From Amphiscolops sp. MND2022 (Eukaryota), in contig OZ076409.1 of the NCBI GenBank assembly GCA_964187785.1, forward strand, positions 12,464,001 through 12,528,000: a DNA stretch of 64,000 nt, given 5' to 3'. Made by a program: the position numbers and the translations under genes. The notes under the pieces were generated by a model. The model was not told the DNA's origin. It saw only the letters and a program-made list of their open reading frames with translations, and ran no database searches. Positions 52,778-63,807 of this stretch are shown here, piece after piece (within the stretch, counting starts at the first letter, position 1; each line of letters starts with the position of its first letter).

Positions 52778-55700
52778 TTACTCCAAACTGTCATTCAGTA
52801 AGGGAAGCTTCCGTAGTTTGGCTACTGGTCTGCTAAAAACACCGTTCGAAGTTTTTACTTTTACAACGCGTACGAATTTGTCGGGTCCGCTATATACATA
52901 CGTTATACGACCGAGAGGCAACTGGAGCGGAGCAACATTATCATCGGTCAAATATACAAGATCACCGATTCTTAAATTTTCGTTTTCACTTTTCCATTTT
53001 AAACGTTCTTGCAATGAGGAAACGTATTCTTTTGTCCAACGCTTCCAAAAACTACCTATGAGATTTTGCAAAAAAACCCAACGTTTTTGTGGAGAACATT
53101 TTTTGATATCATCTGGTACGCTAGATGTTTTCATTGGGAAAGCTTCTAAGTTTCCACCACAACAAAGGTGTGCCGGTGTTAAATGCTTGGGATCCTTTGG
53201 ATCTTCTGACAGGACGCCTATAGGTCTTGAGTTCAGGACCCATTCGATTTGGCAAAACAATGTTGTTAATTCCTCAAAAGTGAGCACATTGTTCCCCATA
53301 ACTCTCCTCAAATGGTATTTGGCACTTTTAATTGAGGCCTCCCAAAGCCCTCCGAAATGAGGAGCACGTGGCGGTATAAGATACCATTTCTTGTTCAAAT
53401 TGGCAGCTTCGGCTTGAAAGGAGTCTGAGTGCTCATTTTTCAAAATATTCTGTAACGATTCAATTTCAGTTTTTGTACCTGCGAAATTTGATCCATTGTC
53501 AGTGTAAATCATAGCTGGGCATCCTCGCCTGGCAGTAAAACGGCGTAGAGCAGCGATACAAGCTTGTGTTGTTAAATCAGAAACTGCTTCGAGGTGTTCT
53601 GCGCGACTAGCGAAGCAGACGAAAAGAGCGAGGTATGCCTTTATTGATTTTGTATGAATTCCCTTACAAATGAAGGGACCTCCAAAGTCTATTCCCACAT
53701 CTTCACACACTACACTTCAAACAATTGAGAATAATTTTTCTGATTTTTCCACGACTGGATGGGATCCAAAAGTTTGTTCTGATTTGTGCCAGGACTTGGT
53801 TGGTACCACCATGCAGGGTTTTTTCATGGGCGTTAGCGATGATTAATCGAGCAAGTTGACTCTCAGGAGGAAGAATTCTTTGGTACTTCGCCTCGTCGGG
53901 TAACTTCGCATGCACGAGACGTCCACCCACGCACAAAACATTTTCATGACGAAAAGGGTAGAGCTTTAAAATCCTACTGGTTTTGTCCACTTGGCTTTTG
54001 GTCTTCAAAGTTGATACCTCATCCTTGTAGAACAAGCCTTGTTCCTGTCGTAGTAGGATGAACAGCGATTCAGTCCTTTCATCAGATGTTATGTAACTTG
54101 GAATTTTTTAATCTTCTCCTTTGAACCGGGAAAGTGCTCGCTTAACAGTTGCAACAATTCTCAGTGACTTTTCGAAGGAATTTTGTTTCGTCAAATCAAA
54201 ATTCATCTTCGCATTCTTTGACTCTGTTACGGTTAGTACCATTTGATTAGGGTCAATCTGTTTTACCTTGTGATCTACGCGTTTCAATTCTTCTTTTGTC
54301 TCGCAAAACTGACACTGTTCTGGAAACTTGTTGGAGACCAACCACTGAGGACCAGACCACCAAAGCAAATGATCCTTGAGCGCATGAGGGTCAATTCCTC
54401 TGGATGCAGCATCAGCTGCGTTATCTTCACTTGGTACATGTCGCCAAGTAAGATCCGCATGTTCCTGAATTTTAGAAGTCCTATTCGCCACGAAGGTGGA
54501 CCCTTGACTAGGCTCCTTCAAAAGCCAAGCTAAAACAATTGTTGAGTCTGTCCATGCGTGTTTTGACTGAATTTTCATCTTCAGCTTTGAAAGACTTTTA
54601 ACTACGGCGTCCAAAAGATTCACCCCAAATAGTGCAGCGCACAGTTCAAGTCGAGGAATGGAATGAGTTTTCAACGGGGAAACCTTTGATTTACCAGTCA
54701 GTAGGCTGGATTTGATGTTACCTTGTGTGTCACAAGAAACAACATAAACACAGGCTGCATAACCCTTTTCCGAGGCGTCGCAAAGAGCGAGTCGATCAAT
54801 CGCAATTTCATTCAGAATCATCAACTTTGACCTCCATTGGCAATAAAACTTCGCAATGTCAGAAGGAAGGAGGGCATCCCAATCAGTTTTGCACTTCCAG
54901 ACTTCCTGCATTACCTGCTTCAATTGCAAGATGACCGGTGAAAGCCAACCAAGGGGACAAAAACCTTGGCAATATCGCTCAGGATTTGTCTTTTCGTAAG
55001 CCTTTCGGTTAAGTCCAACTTCAGGTGTTTAACGGTGAATGTGAATTTGTCCTTGATGGGACTCCAGACAATTCCAAGTGTCTTGATGGTGTGGTTCTCA
55101 TTCAGAAATTGAAAGTTTTCGCTTGCCTCGCGATATTCAGGAGGAAGCCCTTGGGTTAGTCGGGGATCACTGCATGTCCATTTACGTAGATCAAATTGTC
55201 CTTGTTTCAGGGTCTCAATGAGACCTGTCTGTAATAATTTCGCCTCTTCCAAATTTTTTGCACCAGTGAGAATATCATCGACATACAAGTCGCGTTCAAT
55301 GGCTTCCTTCACCATTTCGGGTGTGTTCGGGAACTTGGCACAATCTAGAAGTGATCTGATTGCATGAAAGGAAGAACGTGCAACACCATAAGTTACTCGA
55401 GTCATTCGATACGTCAAAATTGGTTCTGTCGGATTCTTGCGCCATAGAATTCTGTGCAAATCACGATCTTCAAGAGAGAGTTCAACTTGGCGGTACATTT
55501 TCGCCACATCTGCTGACATTGCAATTTTGAACATGCGAAACCTGATTAAAATGTTAAACAAATCGTCTTGACATTTCGGTCCAACTAACAAACAATCATT
55601 GAGCGAGTAGCCGGTGGTAGTTTTCGCACTAGCATCGAAGACAACGCGAAGTTTTGTGGTGGAGCTGTCTTCCTTTGTCACGAAATGATGCGGCAAGTAG

Positions 55701-57877
55701 AAGTTTCTTGGATTATCCAATTGATCGTCCGGCACTTTTTCTAAATGTCCAAGATCAATGAATTCTTGGATGAACGAAGAGTATCGCTCCCTTAGTGATA
55801 AGTCCTTGTTTAGTTTCTTCTCGAGATTGAGAAATCGGCGCATTGCGATAGCTTTGCTTGATCCCAATGTGGGTCCACAAGATTTCATTGGCATCTCAAC
55901 GATGAACCTTCCATCATTGTTCCGCTTCGTTGTACGATCGAAATGCTGAACGCATTCCCGTTCTGATTTAGTCAAATGTTTTTCTTCAGGTACGTTTTCA
56001 AGTTCCCAAAATTGGGTGGTGTCAACTTTGTTAACATGAACCATGTTGTTTGTGTTGCTTTCATTACTCTGTTGAACAGGCCCAGAGTCAATCCACCCAA
56101 AAATTGAGTTTCGGATGTGTAGCCTCTTCTCTTTGAACTTTCCTTCTTTCATCACATCTTCCAGAACATCTGCTCCAAGCAAAATATCATTTCGTCCTGG
56201 GGAATTGAAGTTTGGACCAGCTAACTTGAGATTTTTGACGCTTTCCAGCGTTGGAATCATCACCTTTTGAGCGGGAACAAGATTTGAAATCTTGGGAACA
56301 ACGTGAAGATCGACATGAACTGCATCATTTAGGACAGTTGACAAAACTCCTTTCGTTTTTTGTGAAGATGATGATCCAAACGGCGTTATACTGATTGAAT
56401 CTCCAAGAACTTTTACTTTTAAAGCATTGGCTCTACTTTCACTAATAAAGCTTGCTTGTGATCCAGAGTCAAGCATAGCTCGGAGAGTCAGTGGAGTGCC
56501 ATTGGCATCCTTGATCATGACATATGCTGTTGATAAAAGAACAGTTTTCTTCAGACTGACAGCTCCACATTGGACATTTGAAACTGTTTCTACGACGGAG
56601 GTAGTATGAATTTCTTGCGAAGTCTCTTGAACCTCGACGGAAGTAGTTTTCACTTGAGAAGGGCGATGCAACAAGGTATGATGTTTCTGTCTGCACTCTC
56701 TACATGTAAACTTAGAGGGACATTTACTGACATTGTGGCCAAGTTGAAGACAATTATAGCATCCACGTTTGGTTTTCACAACATTAAAGCGTTCCGGTAT
56801 TGAAAGAGTTTTGAATTTCTGACACTCGTGTAACTTGTGTTCTTCATTGCATCCATCTATACATGATACAGAGGCAGTGTAAACCTGCGCTTGTCTCTCG
56901 CGTACATTCTGATTGCCTGCTTGTTGGTAAACTGGCTTTGATCCACTCGACTCTAGTGCTCGACTTCTTGTATTGAGAAACTGTGCTAATTGATCCCAGG
57001 TCAGAAGTTCGGTCCCTGGATGCGCAAGTTGCCATTGCTTGCGAGACTCGGGATCCATTTTTTCTGAAAGCCAAAACACGAGGAGCGAATACCATTGATC
57101 AGTGGGTTGCCCGAGTTCTTTCAAGGATCTAAGATGCTCATTTGTGACGTCCAACAGTTTTCTGAGGCCGCTTGCAGATTCAACTTTCATTGAGGATTGA
57201 GACCAAATTGATTGGAGATGAGCTTGTACGATGCTACGTTTGTTGGCGTATCTATCGGTCAGTAAGCCCAGAGCAATAGCGTAATTGGCATCAGTTATTG
57301 AAACCGAGCAAATCAATTTGGCAGCGTCACCTTTCAAGCAAGCGCGCAGATAAGTGAGCTTTTCAGAGTCACTCAATTATGTATTAGAGTTCACTGCCGC
57401 GTTGAATAGATCAAAGAATGACATCCACTCAGTGTACGATCCACTGAAAGTTGGCAAGTTCAACTTTGGCAAGCGGAGCTTACCCCTGGCACTCCTTGGT
57501 GAAGAACGTCTTCGCAAAGTGGTAGGATCACTCAATTCTAACCTTTTTTTGTAATTTTCAATTAAAGCGGTTAATCTAGCAATTGCAATGCCACTGCGTA
57601 TGTCAAACTCAGTAGCATTATCTACCTCGGCGTTAAACTTAGCATCATCTTCAGTTTCTAGTTGAATTTCCAAATTCCAACGATGAATATCTGTTGCTTT
57701 CATTTCCATGTTAGAAAGAACAGCTTCAGCTTCACAAAGCTGGTCCTCATTAATAATACCTGCATTTACTAACGTGTCTAAACGGTTTTCTAGACGCGGA
57801 AAGGCTCCTTTGTGGCCTCCTCGCACCTTAATTTTTTGTTTCAAGTCCAGTTTTTCCGCAGCGGGTTCCTCATCCAT
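52778..57877 (-). pseudogene. BEL/Pao gag-pol polyprotein, disrupted
   Basis: LPKLNLPTFSG..EW..F.DLF gag region, three Zn knuckles (e.g. CYNCLQLGHNVSKC, CRECRQKHHTLLH), protease LDSGSQ, RT YVDD, RNase H CDAS, integrase HHCC plus GIDF..TDNGSNF..GGLWE. In-frame TAA at 57377-57379, frameshift near 54925, stop at 54108, and a deletion/frameshift near 53705. Confidence 0.92.
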
Positions 57878-58091
57878 CGGAATGAGCCTGTTTTTTTATT
57901 CTTTACGGAAAGATAACAACTGATAAGCTAAAAAGGTCCTTATGCAGTAGTTCCAGATAAGCCCACGACGAGATCACGTCAGTAGGCTACACTAGATCCA
58001 CTGACCTAAGTTTAGAATCAGATAAACCCACGACGAGAACACGTCTGTAGGTTACACTAATTCTAACAACCAGACGCGAATTAGGTCTAAC

Positions 58092-58706
58092 CTAATCAGT
58101 TTTAGACAATTTTTTCAGAAGGAATGGCCGTTTTTTCTGCGAAAGTCGTTTCCTCGGCCGCCTTGTATTCCGCGAGAGGGCTTTCAAATTGGTGGAGTAC
58201 TTCAAAACAAGCTGTAAGGAACGAATCTCCAGCGATCCTTCTTGATGTAGCTGCAAATATTGATGTAAGAGTAAGTTATCCTGTTGTCTGCGACGTGAAA
58301 TCAAGTTTTTTGTAACTCTGATGACCACAATATTGGTTGACCGTAAAGCTTCGAAGATTTGGGGCGCTCCGAACCTTTTGCAATACACAATAGCTGCTAT
58401 TCGTTTCTTGTATGCTAGCAAAATTGACGCGAGTTGACTTCCTTTAAGACCAGTGTAAGAATTAGACTTATGTTTGGTGAGGCTGTTATTGATAACGTCT
58501 TGCCAAATCACTAAATTTGTTTTTTGACGTAAGTACCCTTGTTCCAATAGGTGAGAGAGGTTGATAAGAGGCCTTTTGGGAGAAGTATTGGGATTTAAAC
58601 TCAATGATGAGACTGCGGTGACGAATTTTGCAACAACACGTTTTTCTCTAGGGGGAAGATTTTCGATTGCGTGCTTCAAAGAACTAGCACCAACGATATA
58701 CACCAT
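58092..58706 (-). CDS. Extra ORF upstream of gag, SGNH/GDSL-hydrolase-like fold with basic C-terminal tail (204 aa)
   Basis: Uninterrupted ATG-initiated ORF inside the element. VYIVGASSL (block I-like), LVIWQDVINN (block III-like), YLQLHQ (block V-like), ending in RRPRKRLSQKKR. Confidence 0.6.
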   Translation of the reverse strand: MVYIVGASSLKHAIENLPPREKRVVAKFVTAVSSLSLNPNTSPKRPLINLSHLLEQGYLRQKTNLVIWQDVINNSLTKHKSNSYTGLKGSQLASILLAYKKRIAAIVYCKRFGAPQIFEALRSTNIVVIRVTKNLISRRRQQDNLLLHQYLQLHQEGSLEIRSLQLVLKYSTNLKALSRNTRRPRKRLSQKKRPFLLKKLSKTD

Positions 58707-58850
58707 CAATTTGATATTAAAATGTCGTCAACTAATAATTTCGATGGAAGGACTTTCAAAGTTTGCCGAATTTGCAATATCTGGAACATTTGATAGGCTT
58801 CGTCTTTCAGTAAAAATTGCGTAGATAGTTTCGTGTCCTGGAACTTCAGT

Positions 58851-58870
58851 GTCCGGGTCGTTAAGGACCA
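58851..58870 (-). promoter_or_regulatory. Primer binding site, tRNA-Tyr-like
   Basis: TGGTCCTTAACGACCCGGAC lies 5 nt inside the 5' LTR end. It resembles the tRNA-Tyr complement TGGTCCTTCGAGCCGGA with a 2-nt insertion and a mismatch. Confidence 0.7.
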
Positions 58871-58875
58871 ATAAA

Positions 58876-59447
58876 TGTTCAATGATTCTTTAGGATTGCT
58901 CAAAAAGAGTTTTTGTTTGAATTTCAAACCTTCAAATCTCGGTAATGTACCAAGCAATGTCTTCAAAAATCGATATTCTAGAGCTAACGAACCTTCTCTG
59001 TCGACGGACCACTCACAATTTGTGAGATAAAACAATTATTATAAAAAGAATTGTCCAATTATTGTAATTCTCTGGTTCAAGAAGCCACTTTGGCTAGAGC
59101 AAAGGAAATATTGACAAAAAACTGCAGTGAAACTTTTGAGAGATTCAACGTAAAATCAAAGTCTTGTCAATGAAGAAGTCAACCATAAGAATTTGATTGG
59201 CTGCCCAGCAGCGCGCAGCAGTTTTAATGAACCAAAAAGTATTATTCAATAAATAGGGCATCAAACAGAGTGTAAAATTATATCATTTAACGAATATCAG
59301 CAGAATGTTTTATATATAGTAGCTCCAAAGTGCTTTTTGGTATTTTCGGGTCTAACTTTCTTCCTTTTGACTGAAACTCTTGTTTAAAAATTTCGTTCAA
59401 GATGTTTCTTTACTCTGCGACATGCTTCAAAAATTTCGTTTCCAACA
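58876..59447 (-). repeat. 5' LTR of the BEL/Pao element
   Basis: Aligns end to end with 52094-52665, with about 11 substitutions counted by eye. Followed on the minus strand by the PBS. Confidence 0.95.
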
Positions 59448-59631
59448 GTCTTATCGTTTTTCTTTCAATTTTTTCTTCAATTCCAGAATTCTACAAACTG
59501 GTATTCTACAAACAGACCTCTACCCAGTTTGTAGAAAACCAAAAACAAAACCAAGAGAATACGAGACGTTTCGGCATGAAATTTGCTGAAAAGTCTAAAA
59601 TTTTTTTTGCCGAAACGTCTTGTTCCCATAC

Positions 59632-59972
59632 GGGGCAGGGACATTTCGTCACCAGCCATTTGGGCGACAAAAATTTCTGCCCATTTCGGCGACAACAATG
59701 TCGCCCAAATGTCCCGTCAAATATGTTCATATACCCCTAGTGCCCTAAATGCAGGAGCGAAGCGAAGCGGAGCAACGTGCCATATGGCCATGCATCGATG
59801 TTGCTACTTGGCGAAGGGAGAGAAGCGACAGAGCCATACAACAAATATGCTAACCTCTTTAAATATATCAGTTAATTGATCAATTTGATCAACCCATTTG
59901 ATCGACACTTTTGTCACCCATGTGACCGACGCCATCTTACCCAAATGGCTGGTGACGAAATGTCCCTGACCC
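59632..59972. mobile_element. Foldback-type MITE with CAGGGACATTTCGTCACCAGCCATTTGGG TIRs and core A
   Basis: Near-perfect 33-bp TIR. The right flank ACCCCATAC (59973-59981) recurs at 51378-51386. Confidence 0.85.
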
Positions 59973-60089
59973 ACCCCATACTAGCCACTATCTCAGTAAC
60001 AAAAATAACAACCAACAAACTACTCATAACAGCCATTATCGCAGTCGACCGGTAGAAAGTTTTTCTTAAAGCTGCAATGATTTAGAGAT

Positions 60090-62890
60090 TTTTTTCAAAA
60101 AAATATATATGTAAGAAATTTCTTCGAACGCATCTCTGTCGCTCACAGTTCCTAGAACACAGGCCGCTTTGCCGATCTGAAGAGCCATTGACATTCGCTG
60201 CTTCAAAAAGCTGCCAGCTCGTTGATCGTCGTGCGAACGACAGAGCATTTTACAGAGACGCGTGATGAAAATTTCACTGCTCTCGCCTAAAGAACCCTGT
60301 ACTTCCAAGGCCACCGGTGTAAAAATGTATGCATTGTCTAATAATTCGCAATTTTTCTCAATTTTACGCGCTTCAGCTTCGGTGGCGGTGGTTCCTGGGT
60401 TACATAAAGAGACTTGATTCAGGCCACTGGGTGCAAGAGCATCCACAACCGTGACATCCTACACCAGCTGATTACCCATTTCCCAAAGAATCATGGTAAC
60501 ACCGCCTGGCCGTTTGCCATCGGTTCGGTACAGTCCGCGCGGTTCGAGCATTGAAGACAAGTCGAGAGATTCCAACGTCTCCTCTATGAGAGAATTGAGA
60601 GTAGCATGATATGAGAAGCGACCAGCACTCTTGGTGCAAGAAAGACCGTGTAAACCGTCCCATTCAACTCTTTCACCACAGTGGCACATATGCGCAACAC
60701 AAATGTTGGCTCCGAGACGTAAACCAATTAAAATCCGAAGTTGCTGATCATCAAGTTTCAGGCCTAGGTTCTTACAAGGAACGACGTTCAGCCATTGAGA
60801 CCCGAATTTACCTTGATGAGCGTTGAAAACTTTCGAACGTTTGTCATCCATTCTAGAAATCAAATCTTGGGCGGTTCTGACGAAGACAGGTTGTGTCCAA
60901 TTTTTCTGGGTTCCATCGAGAGGACTTTCCTGTTCACTCGTCAAACTCAACCATTTCTCAAGCGCTTTTGTAAATGAAACATCTTCGAATGTTTCCGAGA
61001 AAACCGTCGTGAGAAAGTCACTCGCACCAAAAGCTAGGGCCAAAAAGGCAGGAAGTGCTAATAATGATGCGGATGACACCCCGAAACCATCCATTTCAGT
61101 AGCAGAACCAGCTGAGCACTCGAAATATCGTCGAAGTTCACATTACACACTTGGGAAAGTTCGTCGCATACGGTTTTGTCATACTTTTCCTAGAGAGCTG
61201 GATGATTAAAACATGTACTGGTTCTCAGGAAGTACTACAACTTTGGCAGACTCAAGCAATTTTTCAACATTAAAAACCATAGTGCGCATCTAGTTTTTCA
61301 ACATTTCCATTAACATTTTCCAGTTCATTGATTTTCTATTCCAATAAGTCTGCTTGTGATTTCGGGCCGAGCGGTGAACCAAGAATGGTAAGTTCATCTT
61401 TCTTTGGTGTTTCGATCCCAGGGCAAAGTTTTTGGAAAAATGCTAAAATTGTCGATCGGCGTTTTTCAGTGATGTCCCCAAGGAAACATTCCGCAATTCG
61501 TGGGTTTAATTTTGAGTCCAAGCGTTGTTTCTGCTTCAACTAATATTTTGAGATCTTTCAAAACTGTTCTGTAATCATCAATTAGATTCCCATCGTAAAG
61601 GTACCATAAGTTTATTTTCGACTCCAAACTGTCAATCAGATCCTGAATGGAATCCGAAAACAAAGCTGGAGACTCAGGATTTCCTTGCTGGGTCCCTTCA
61701 ATAAGATTTGATAACTGAACCACCGTAAAAAAAAAAGAAAATTTGGTTGACTGTACGCAGAGTGTGAGTCTTTATAAACTTCAGGGTGTTTTTAAAAGTT
61801 TTCTCTAGCATGAATTGTCGGTTTATCAAATTGAAAGCGTTTTCACAGTCAATTTTCAAAATCACGTTTTCTTTGAGCTGGGGGTTTTCTATCGAACAAC
61901 GGAAAACATATGAGGCCAATTCAGCGCCCCTTTTTGTGCCTACACCTGCTTATCGACTTCCATATCTTGCCTGACGTGATTCGAAGACATGGTATCCGGC
62001 ACATTTTGCGGATAACCGGCGGAAAGTATTGCCTACAGCGATAGGACGAAGTCCTCCATCAGGCTTTTTTAGCGCAATTAGTTTCGCACCGAAGAAGTAC
62101 GGCCGAAGTTCGAAAGGTACTTTTCCTTCGAGAATTACATTCACAAGATTTGTTAAGGCTTTGAAAAAATTCAGTCCAGTTTGCCCGTTCGACTTGGCAG
62201 TCAAATCTTTCAAGATTTTGGGCGAAATGCCATCCAACCTTGCACTAGAGCCATTGGGGAAGGACATGAGAGCCTTGTGGACGAAAAACTCCGAGGTTAA
62301 AAAAAATCGATATCTGTGGGGTCCGGAACAGAGCAAGTTTCCCTCTGTGGTATTCCAGCATGGGGGCGCGTAGTTGTCGACCGTGAAATCTGCAAACTTG
62401 TCGTCGCCTACTGCCATTCCTATTCCGGTCTTAACGTTACCTTCGTCTAATTTAGTGCAAATGGAACGCAGTCGTCGATCTAACTCGCTTTTCTGTTGCG
62501 GTTTTTTGTCGCGTTTCGGTCTCTTCTCAATGACACCATCTCGAAAACGTTTGTTGATAATTGCACTGAGTGACGACCTCTGACGTTTACCTCCTCGGGG
62601 TCGTTTTTCCAAAAAACAGCTTAGAGAGGAGAGCAATAAGCACCAAAAGGCAATATTTGACGCGTTTTCACAAATATCATTAATTTTGGGTATCAAGTTT
62701 TCAGCTAGAGGGATCCGTGAATTTTTAGGAACTCTTTTCAAGTGAACAAAGCCTGAGTTAAAAAGGGTGTCTGGTCTAAAGTTATCATCGTGACACTGAG
62801 GGATTGTGTTCACTAAGGAGGATGCCTCAACTAATTTGTTGTACACATTGTTGTACGAAGATCAACCTCAAGGAGGTTCGCTTTAAAAAT
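60090..62890 (-). mobile_element. CRE-clade-like non-LTR retrotransposon (RT plus restriction-like endonuclease), frameshifted; boundaries approximate
   Basis: Fragments in several frames: FPNGSS..LDG, GGLRPIAVGNTFRRL, KIDCENAFN, GTQQGNP..PALF, WYLYDG (mutated YLDD), CHCG..HGLSC..H zinc knuckle, KRPGG (RPDG), PVALE..G. Confidence 0.85.
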
Positions 62891-63284
62891 TTCAAGGTTT
62901 TCTGATTTTAGGCGATTGCGCACTGCTCAAGAAGTGCAGAAACTACGGAAAGTTCCAAGAGTTGGCGTCGCTTCACAGAGAACTCTGTAAGGCATGCTGG
63001 GTGCAGACGCCAACGAACATCAAGAGCGATGGCAGAATGTTTGAAAGAACTGAATATGACGAGGATGTGTATCGGACAGTGGTCAAAGTTGCAAACAGTG
63101 CAGTAAAACAGATCAGTGATTACCATAGTGCCCGCAATTGGGATGCTTGAAATTTTTATGATAAATGTATATGCACCATGGTGCCTTCAAGTTTGCAGGA
63201 GAAATGTGTCCCAATTCTGATATGTGTAGTTTCTCCAGAGAAATGATGAATCATTTAAATATGTGAAAGTGCAGAAACTACGAA

Positions 63285-63807
63285 GGGTGACACGAATCGG
63301 GTCGAAAACTTTCGGTCGAATTTCAAGCGATAAGCTGGGGTTGAAATAACGGAATCGAAATAAAATGATCGAATCCTCACATCGAAATGTCAAAACTAGC
63401 GATCCAGGTCGAAACAACTTGGATCGACATATGGCTGGCAACATGAAACCTCCCGATTTGGAACTGATTTAGAGTATAAAGCGTGTCTCGGATATGTCCC
63501 GATTTTCTCTAGTGCCCCGCGGCCCCCTGAGGCCGCCGCTTATGTTCCCATCTTGTAAAACGAGGTCAAACGGAGATCCCGAAGCGATCGTAGTGGGAGC
63601 TGGTCTTTGCTACGGTGATGGCGAGCGTGCATAGACCGTATATGACCACCCCTTTTATTTTCGATTTTTTCCGCAAAATTTTACATATACGGCCTAACTA
63701 TGTCGACCGACAGACCATCCCTCTTCAATTTCGATCTATTTCCTTGTCGACCATTTTCGACCTATAGTATTTCCGACCAAAATTTTTCGATTTGGTGATA
63801 TATCGCC
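63285..63807. mobile_element. Foldback-type MITE with TCGA-rich arms and core B (inverted)
   Basis: GG...CC ends, TSD ACTACGAA (63277-63284, 63808-63815). 63506-63645 is a diverged reverse complement of 51878-52034. Confidence 0.75.

Larger units (their letters stand above)
52094..59447 (-). mobile_element. BEL/Pao LTR retrotransposon, full length, coding region decayed
   Basis: 572-bp direct LTRs (52094-52665 and 58876-59447) with TG...CA ends and 5-bp TSD GTCTT (52089-52093, 59448-59452). PBS, PPT and gag-PR-RT-RH-IN order are present. Confidence 0.95.
51390..59626. mobile_element. Outer foldback MITE (GACGTTTCGGC arms, core B) split by nested insertions
   Basis: GGAA...TTCC ends with TSD CATACGGG (51382-51389, 59627-59634). 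Arm repeats occur on both sides of the BEL element. Confidence 0.7.

Noticed and set aside
57377..57379. In-frame TAA in gag as programmed readthrough
   Set aside because: It falls inside the conserved gag domain rather than at a gag-pol junction, and the element has other lesions; a nonsense mutation is simpler.
62911..63150. Possible plus-strand exon (tttag acceptor, ~80 open codons, AAGTGCAGAAACTACG repeated near 63268)
   Set aside because: No recognisable homology or partner exon, and it is flanked by transposons; insufficient support.
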